NCBI GenBank assembly: GCA_964496415.1
Contig: CAZBZN010000032.1
Span: 1-5,200, forward strand
Direction of reading: 5' to 3'
Source: Candidatus Micrarchaeota archaeon
GTDB taxonomy: Archaea; B1Sed10-29; JAJRYS01
Length of the DNA stretch: 5,200 nt
The notes under the pieces are model-generated. The model saw only the letters and a list, made by a program, of their open reading frames with translations. It ran no database searches and was not told the DNA's origin. Shown here piece after piece: positions 1 through 4,917 of the stretch (within the stretch, counting starts at the first letter, position 1; each line of letters starts with the position of its first letter). The position numbers and the translations under genes are program-made.

Positions 1-1
1 C

Positions 2-367
2 AAAATAGTTGAAGAATATGGAGAAGAAGCTCGAAGAATTATAGAAGAAAACCCAATTGCCCTTGCCACAGTGAATTCTGACTGCACTCCGCATGTAATA
101 GCAGTAGCTTTTGTGAAAGTAGTTGATGACAAGTTAGTTATAACAGACAATTACATGAAGACAACAGTTGAGAACATAAAAAAGAATAACAAAGTCTCTT
201 TATGCGTGTGGGATAAAGAGTGGAAAGGAATAAGGATCAATGGCACTGCAGAGTATTTCACAGAAGGAGAATGGCTGGAGTTTGTAAAAAGAATCCCTGA
301 AAACAAAGAAGAGCCATGCAAAGGAGCGATAGTAGTTAAGATCAACGAAGTAAAAGAGCTGGGCTAA
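2..367 (+). CDS. Pyridoxamine 5'-phosphate oxidase-like FMN-binding split-barrel protein (5'-partial)
   Basis: The frame is open from position 2 (KIVEEYGEEARRIIEENPIALATVNSDCTPHV...), so the start lies upstream of the window. Motifs 'LATV...PHV', 'KTTVENIKKNNKVSL' and 'GIRINGTAEY' match PNPOx-like proteins. Stop TAA at 365-367. Confidence 0.85.
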   Translation, partial: KIVEEYGEEARRIIEENPIALATVNSDCTPHVIAVAFVKVVDDKLVITDNYMKTTVENIKKNNKVSLCVWDKEWKGIRINGTAEYFTEGEWLEFVKRIPENKEEPCKGAIVVKINEVKELG

Positions 368-369
368 GC

Positions 370-489
370 ATGAACCGTTCAGAGGCGTTGAAACTGCTTG
401 AGGAGAAAGTGAAAAGGGATAGTCTTAGGAAGCATTGTCTTGCGACTGAGGCTATCATGCGTGCTTTGGCTGAAGAGCTTGGCTTGTGA
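370..489 (+). pseudogene. N-terminal fragment of an HD/HDIG-domain phosphohydrolase
   Basis: ATG370..TGA489 encodes MNRSEALKLLEEKVKRDSLRKHCLATEAIMRALAEELGL*. This resembles the 'MxRxEALxLL...LxxHCLAxEAxMRALAxxLG' N-terminus of HDIG proteins but stops before the 'GLLHD' motif. It starts 2 nt after the previous stop. Confidence 0.7.
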
Positions 490-523
490 AACTGTTAAAA
501 ACCTTGAAGTATAATATTTTTTC

Positions 524-1633
524 ATGAATGCCAGGGTTGCAAGAATAGTTAGGATGATTCCTTTAATCAATACTTTTAAAGCTGCTAAGAAAGAGGATTT
601 AAGAGCTGCTCTTGCAAGGGTTTTTAACGTAAGCGAGGGTACTATTGAAAAGGACCTTGCTGTGTTGTCTTATCTTGAAGAAAAAGACTTACGTAAGGTT
701 CCTAAGAGTTACAGGAGTGAAGTAAGAGCTTTAAGGAGTTTTTTGGAGGAAAACCCCTCCATGACTAAAGAGATTAAAAAAGCTTCTGAGGAAATAGTGA
801 AGAGGACTCCTTTGACTGATTATGAAGTGATAACCCGTGGGTATGAAGGTGTTGAAGAACTTGACTTGATTAACAAGAGGATTACTGAGTACTTGGAGAA
901 AATGATAGAGGTAAGGGAAGAGGCTCTTGGTTCTCTTGGCCCAAGAGCTGTTAGAAGTGCTTGGATAGAAGCTGGTAAAATAAAGCACAAGGAAATCCCT
1001 GAGTCTGTGAAGAGTACTGTTGAAGAATTGTTCGCAATGCAGGTAGGTGTGCTTACTAATAAGAGGTTATCTGAAGAAGAGAAAGCTAAAAAGCTCAAGG
1101 AGATCAGGGAGGAGTATGGTGTTGAAGGAGTTAGGATGCCTCTTCAAGCAGCTTTCTTAAGAGCCCAGGCATTGTACCAGTATGAGCTTGCTAGGAAGAA
1201 AACAATAGAAGCTGCTAAGAAGCTTGGCTTGGAGATAAAGCTTAAGAAAGAACCAAGAACAGCTAAAGAGATGGAAGAGGTTCTTGACGAGGCTTTCTTA
1301 GCAAGCCTTGGTTATTTGAAGGAGAAAGCTCCGCGGTATTTTGAAAACGTGTACAAGGCCATAAGAAGGTGGAATGATTCTCCTGCCAAGGAGTGGAGGA
1401 GTTTCCCAAAGGCTTTCAGAAAACAAGTAAGAGCAAAGTATGTTGAAGCAAAAGAAGTTGCTCCTAAAAAAGTTGACAAGAATATTTTTCTTCAGATTGG
1501 AAGGAACATTGAAGCGGCTTCAAGGATTTACAAAGAATACAAAGAAACAAAAGAACTGCCTTTAACTTTCTTTCACAAAGAAGTTCCTGAGCCTAAACCA
1601 AGCTTTAAGCTAAGGCTTCGTAAGAAAAAGTGA
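524..1633 (+). CDS. Hypothetical 369-aa charged, helical protein with a possible N-terminal HTH
   Basis: Long K/E-rich ORF. 'LARVFNVSEGTIEKDLAVL' resembles a DeoR/HTH_11-type recognition helix. The start could be ATG524 or ATG555. The stop lies 2 nt before tRNA-Ser. Confidence 0.75.
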   Translation: MNARVARIVRMIPLINTFKAAKKEDLRAALARVFNVSEGTIEKDLAVLSYLEEKDLRKVPKSYRSEVRALRSFLEENPSMTKEIKKASEEIVKRTPLTDYEVITRGYEGVEELDLINKRITEYLEKMIEVREEALGSLGPRAVRSAWIEAGKIKHKEIPESVKSTVEELFAMQVGVLTNKRLSEEEKAKKLKEIREEYGVEGVRMPLQAAFLRAQALYQYELARKKTIEAAKKLGLEIKLKKEPRTAKEMEEVLDEAFLASLGYLKEKAPRYFENVYKAIRRWNDSPAKEWRSFPKAFRKQVRAKYVEAKEVAPKKVDKNIFLQIGRNIEAASRIYKEYKETKELPLTFFHKEVPEPKPSFKLRLRKKK

Positions 1634-1673
1634 ACGCCGGCATGGCAGAGTGGCTTAATGCGCTGGCCTCGAG

Positions 1674-1709
1674 ATCCTTGATGACTGTGACAGGAAAAGG
1701 CCACGGGGA
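1674..1709 (+). other. Canonical 37/38 tRNA intron (36 nt) with BHB motif
   Basis: CTCG(1668-71) pairs with CGGG(1704-07). The 3-nt bulges are AG|A and GA|A. Confidence 0.88.
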
Positions 1710-1741
1710 AGCCAGTGCCCTTCGGGGCTCGCAGGTTCGAA

Positions 1742-1864
1742 TGGAAGGGCTGCGCCCTTTCCAAAGGCTTCAAAAAGCCTGCATTTACAGGACATTCGCT
1801 TCGCTCAACCCCTTAAAAGCAGCTGAGGCTGCTTTATACTACTCATGCAGCTCTTCCCAGAAAG
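1742..1864 (+). other. Non-canonical T-loop (59/60) tRNA intron, 123 nt, relaxed BHB/BHL
   Basis: TTC(1736-38) pairs with GAA(1860-62), with bulges AA|T and AG|T. An 11-bp closing stem GGAAGGGCTGC(1743-53)/GCAGCTCTTCC(1847-57) follows. The exact junction is uncertain by about 1 nt. Confidence 0.8.
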
Positions 1865-1944
1865 TCCTGCTGCCGGCGTCAGTCTTAAAAACAAGTTAAC
1901 CCATAAGAATAACTCACTGGTTTTAACTGGTTAAGTGATGCTTG

Positions 1945-2520
1945 ATGCCTTTTACTCAGATTGTAAGTGTGAAGAAAAACGAGAAAGCAGTGAAAGACTC
2001 TTTGAAAAAAGTTTCTACTGAAAAGTTGGTGTTCTTGCTTACTAGTGAAAACGCAGAGCATACAATAAAGTTGAGAAACAAACTTGCCTTGGAGTTAAGT
2101 GTTCCTACTGAAGTAAGGGCAGTTAATGGTTCTGGAGTAATAAACATTGTTACTTCTTACGAGAATCCTGTCATTCACTTAGCTGACCACTTAAGCATTA
2201 ATTATTTGCTTCTGTCAACTGCTTTCGTGACTGGAGTGCCTGTGCTTTATTTCAATAATGGCAAAGTTGAAAGTCTTCCTACTCCTTCAGCTCCTTTAAA
2301 GTCAATGCTTTCAGACACTCAAATAAGGATTCTTGAAGAACTTCTTGAGAGCCCTTTAAGCGTGAAAGAGCTTTGCATGAAACTGAAAATAACTGAAAGC
2401 ATGCTGTTCTCTCATCTTTATGGCACTGGAGTGTTCAAAGGACTTATTCGTTTAGGGCTTGTGAAGGATAATGACTTGATTGAGTTAACTGAGCTTGGAA
2501 GACTCGTAGCCCATTCCTGA
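1945..2520 (+). CDS. Putative transcriptional regulator: N-terminal Rossmann/CARF-like domain plus C-terminal wHTH (DUF6293/HFX_2341- or Csa3-like architecture)
   Basis: The C-terminal 'LSDTQIRILEEL..PLSVKEL...ITESMLFSHL...LIRLGLV...LTELGRL' is a typical wHTH. The N-terminus has a beta-alpha-beta pattern ('QIVSV...EKLVFLL'). The family assignment is inference. Confidence 0.65.
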   Translation: MPFTQIVSVKKNEKAVKDSLKKVSTEKLVFLLTSENAEHTIKLRNKLALELSVPTEVRAVNGSGVINIVTSYENPVIHLADHLSINYLLLSTAFVTGVPVLYFNNGKVESLPTPSAPLKSMLSDTQIRILEELLESPLSVKELCMKLKITESMLFSHLYGTGVFKGLIRLGLVKDNDLIELTELGRLVAHS

Positions 2521-2823
2521 TATCTGTTTTAGTGTTTGTTTTGCTATTTTTCGTATCTCCTTTATTCTTTCTTCATGAGGCTTTTTCAGTAATTCTATCA
2601 GTTGCTCTGGTTCTGCTGCTTCGTACTTTCTTGGCCTTCCAAGACTGCTTTTGACTATTCCCTTGTCCTGTAAGGCTTTTAAAGTAAAGTAAATTTTGCT
2701 TATTGGCACTCCGCTTTTGTTTGCTATTGCCTCTGCTGTTGATTCTCCTTTTAGAACTGCTTCTAATGCTAAAGCTTCATACTTACATAATCCTATCTTT
2801 TGAAAGTTTTCAGCAATACTCAT
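2485..2823 (-). CDS. TrmB-family winged-helix transcriptional regulator (DNA-binding domain only)
   Basis: 'GLCKYEA...TAEAIANKSGVPISKIYFTLKALQDKGIV...GRPRKYEAAEPE' matches the TrmB N-terminal domain. It overlaps the convergent gene by 36 nt. Confidence 0.88.
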   Translation of the reverse strand: MSIAENFQKIGLCKYEALALEAVLKGESTAEAIANKSGVPISKIYFTLKALQDKGIVKSSLGRPRKYEAAEPEQLIELLKKPHEERIKEIRKIAKQTLKQISGMGYESSKLS

Positions 2824-2862
2824 AGGTTTAGTTCTGATTAATTGTTTTTAAAAGAACAAAGT

Positions 2863-3207
2863 TTAACTTGTTAAACTGCTTAGTTTAATAAAACCAGGCA
2901 AGGTAGTTTGAGTGTTTTCAGAGTATTCTTTTTCAGCTTTTTCAACAAATTTCTTTAATGCAAAAACCCATTCAATGCTTAACTCGTATTCATTCTCAGG
3001 GTTTTTAACAACAACTCCTTCTTCTACTAGTTCCATTAAGGCTTTGTATACTCCTTGAAAAGTAATGTTTTTTCCAGCTCCTATTCTTAAACGATTATAA
3101 ACTTTTTTAGCTGTTATTGGGTGTTCTTGAAGAAGCAGGTGAACGATAAGGTCTTTTGTGCTCATAAACTCAATCTTATGGTTTGGCACGAACAAACCAA
3201 AACCCAT
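2863..3207 (-). CDS. Small winged-helix DNA-binding protein
   Basis: 'STKDLIVHLL..HPITAKKVY...ITFQGVYKALMELVEEGVVVK...YELSIEWV' is a wHTH pattern. The start is uncertain (3216, 3207 or 3165). Confidence 0.75.
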   Translation of the reverse strand: MGFGLFVPNHKIEFMSTKDLIVHLLLQEHPITAKKVYNRLRIGAGKNITFQGVYKALMELVEEGVVVKNPENEYELSIEWVFALKKFVEKAEKEYSENTQTTLPGFIKLSSLTS

Positions 3208-3332
3208 ACAAATCATTTTTTACTACTTTATGGTTACAATTTTTATCAAACTAATTTAAATAATTTACTGTTATGTTTAAACAATAGCAAATATGAGACT
3301 AATAAAAAAGCATAAAAAATCAAAAACTAAAA

Positions 3333-3482
3333 TCACTTAGTCTTCTTTTCTCCTTTCTTAGGACGAAGATAAGTAGACCCACATTTCCTGCACTTCTTAG
3401 CATTCCAAGGATTAACAGCCTTACATTTCCTACATACCTTCTTCTTAAGCCTTCTTTCCTTAGTCTCTTCAAAAATCACCAT
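3333..3482 (-). CDS. rpl40e: 50S ribosomal protein L40e
   Basis: MVIFEETKERRLKKKVCRKCKAVNPWNAKKCRKCGSTYLRPKK carries the CxxC-NP-CRKCG-LRPK signature. An SD-like AAGGAGAGG lies upstream of ATG3482. Confidence 0.95.
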   Translation of the reverse strand: MVIFEETKERRLKKKVCRKCKAVNPWNAKKCRKCGSTYLRPKKGEKKTK

Positions 3483-3555
3483 ACTAATCCTCTCCTTAAC
3501 TTGTTTGATTTTAAACATTCTAGTTTAAAAAGCTAACAGATAACAAAAATCTTAA

Positions 3556-3572
3556 GGAAAAACATTTATTAA
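3556..3572 (+). promoter_or_regulatory. Putative BRE/TATA promoter for tRNA-Glu
   Basis: GGAAAAAC followed by TTTATTAA, about 50 nt upstream of the tRNA 5' end in a divergent intergenic region. Confidence 0.45.
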
Positions 3573-3620
3573 AGAAGTAAGCAATAATAACACCACCATA
3601 ATTACTCTAATTACTACTTT

Positions 3621-3822
3621 GCTCCGATCTTCTAGTCCGGTCAAGGATACAGGCCTTTCAAAAGAGGGGTTGCACCCCTTCTAACCCTGCAGGCGGCGTT
3701 CGCTTATGCTCAGCCGCCTATTCAACCAAAGCAGGGAAAAAATGGGTTGCACCCGTTGTCTTTTATAAAAAAAGACTACTTGAAGAAAGCCTGTGACCCG
3801 GGTTCAAATCCCGGTCGGAGCA
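3621..3822 (+). tRNA. tRNA-Glu: tRNA-Glu(TTC) with a 127-nt intron; exons 3621-3660 and 3788-3822
   Basis: Acceptor GCTCCGA/TCGGAGC plus A3822, D-loop AGTCCGGTCA, anticodon stem CAGGC/GCCTG with TTC at 3657-59, T-arm CCGGG-TTCAAAT-CCCGG. Confidence 0.95.
3661..3787 (+). other. Canonical 37/38 tRNA intron, 127 nt, strict BHB
   Basis: CTTT(3655-58) pairs with GAAG(3782-85). Bulges are CA|A and AA|A, and the flanking stem is AAG(3662-64)/CTT(3779-81). Confidence 0.9.
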
Positions 3823-3878
3823 TAGGTCAACTGACCGGGAGGCAAACAAGGTTCGCCCGCAGGCCGGCGAGACGGCCT

Positions 3879-3900
3879 GTTCAGATCCCGGTCGGAGCAT
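3879..3900 (+). repeat. Direct repeat of the tRNA-Glu 3' end
   Basis: GTTCAGATCCCGGTCGGAGCAT versus GTTCAAATCCCGGTCGGAGCAT (3802-3823): 21/22 identical, offset 77 nt. Confidence 0.9.
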
Positions 3901-3930
3901 TAAAATTTTAAAACAGCAAAAGGTGATCAA

Positions 3931-4044
3931 TTGAAAAGCAAGCCAAGAAAATGGAAGAAAAAAGGAAGAATGAGATGGAAATGGCTTAAAAAAAGAATGA
4001 GAAGAGAAAAAAGGAAGAGAAGAAGAAGAGCTGGAAAGCTTTAA
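3931..4044 (+). CDS. rpl41e: Ribosomal protein L41e (eS32/aS32), long archaeal form
   Basis: TTG start after SD GGTGAT (3922-27). The product [37 protein letters not shown] carries the L41e motif MRWKWxKKRxRR. It is missing from the ORF track. Confidence 0.9.
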   Translation: MKSKPRKWKKKGRMRWKWLKKRMRREKRKRRRRAGKL

Positions 4045-4080
4045 AGGTTTAAAATTCTTCTTTTAACAGTAGTGGTAGTA

Positions 4081-4917
4081 ATGATAGTAGTTACTGGAGG
4101 AACTGGTTTTGTTGGAAGAAGACTAATAAAAAGAATCCAAGGAGAATACAAAATCATAACAAGAAAACCAAGTGACAAAAACCATGAAAAGGCAGACATA
4201 AGACGCTATGAAGACGTTTTAAAAGCAACAAAAGACGCTGAAGTAATAATTCACCTTGCAGTTAACAGCAACCATTTTGGTTCTTTTAAAAACTCTTATG
4301 AAACAAACGTCATAGGAACAAAAAACCTGCTAAAAGCAGCTGAAAAAAACCAAGTGGAAAAATTCATCTACTTAAGCAGTGCTGCAGTAAACTCCCCTTA
4401 CAACACCAATTACACTCTTTCAAAAAAACTAGCAGAACAAGAAGTACTAAAACATCTTGAAACCATGAACATTTCAATCCTAAGACCATCGTTCATTTAT
4501 GATGAAAAAAGAATATCAGCAATGAAAAAAGCCTTCATGCTTCCTTTTCCTTTCAAAAAGCAAAAATTAAGACTCTGTTACATTGAAACAATCACAGACG
4601 CAATAATAAAAGCAGTGGAAAAAGGAAAAAACAAAATCTACGAAGTAGGCGACAAAAAAGAAATAACTTTAACAGAACTGAGAAAAGCAGTAACGAAAAA
4701 TCCTTTATGGGTTCCAGGATTTTTAATAGAAACCGCAGCAATAATGACCTCCCCAATAGAAATAATAACAAGCTTTACTGACTATAAGATACCAATAAGT
4801 TCATTTATCCTAAACAGCTTTACTGACAAAACCTTAAACGTAAGAGAATCAGCAAGAGAATTAAAATACAAACAATATGATACTATAAAACTCTTTAAAC
4901 AAGGGGCTGTAGTGTAG
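4081..4917 (+). CDS. NAD-dependent epimerase/dehydratase (extended SDR family)
   Basis: Motifs TGGTGFVG, 'IIHLA', 'NVIGTKNLL', 'YLSSAAV', YxxxK (YTLSK) and 'ILRP'. ATG4081 is preferred, with TTTAAA at 4048-53 about 28 nt upstream. The stop codon lies inside tRNA-Pro. Confidence 0.9.
   Translation: MIVVTGGTGFVGRRLIKRIQGEYKIITRKPSDKNHEKADIRRYEDVLKATKDAEVIIHLAVNSNHFGSFKNSYETNVIGTKNLLKAAEKNQVEKFIYLSSAAVNSPYNTNYTLSKKLAEQEVLKHLETMNISILRPSFIYDEKRISAMKKAFMLPFPFKKQKLRLCYIETITDAIIKAVEKGKNKIYEVGDKKEITLTELRKAVTKNPLWVPGFLIETAAIMTSPIEIITSFTDYKIPISSFILNSFTDKTLNVRESARELKYKQYDTIKLFKQGAVV

Larger units (their letters stand above)
1636..1878 (+). tRNA. tRNA-Ser: tRNA-Ser(CGA) with two introns; exons 1636-1673, 1710-1741, 1865-1878
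   Basis: Acceptor GCCGGCA(1636-42)/TGCCGGC(1871-77), discriminator G1878, D-arm GCAGAGTGGCTTAATGC, anticodon stem CTGGC/GCCAG with CGA at 1670-72, long variable arm GCCC-TTCG-GGGC, T-stem GCAGG/CCTGC. Confidence 0.93.

Noticed and set aside
1573..1899. ORFs 1630..1899 (+) and 1573..1773 (-)
   Set aside because: They overlap the tRNA-Ser gene and its introns, have atypical composition and show no recognisable motifs.
151..3315. Short ORFs 151..345, 379..570, 731..988, 820..1098, 1956..2147 (-) and 3121..3315 (+)
   Set aside because: They are antisense shadows of better-supported genes or AT-rich intergenic sequence.
3483..3518. N-terminal extension of rpl40e in the ORF track
   Set aside because: The SD-like AAGGAGAGG and typical L40e length favour ATG3482.
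1742..3787. Hidden permuted tRNAs or C/D guide RNAs in the long Ser and Glu introns
   Set aside because: No matching acceptor, T-arm or D-arm halves and no proper C/D'/C'/D box sets were found by eye.
3809..3885. Second (T-loop) intron in tRNA-Glu using the duplicated 3' end
   Set aside because: No BHB central helix forms (TTCA faces TTCA), and the first copy already completes the tRNA.
3802..3900. CRISPR array
   Set aside because: There are only two copies, they are tRNA-derived, and there are no cas genes in the window.
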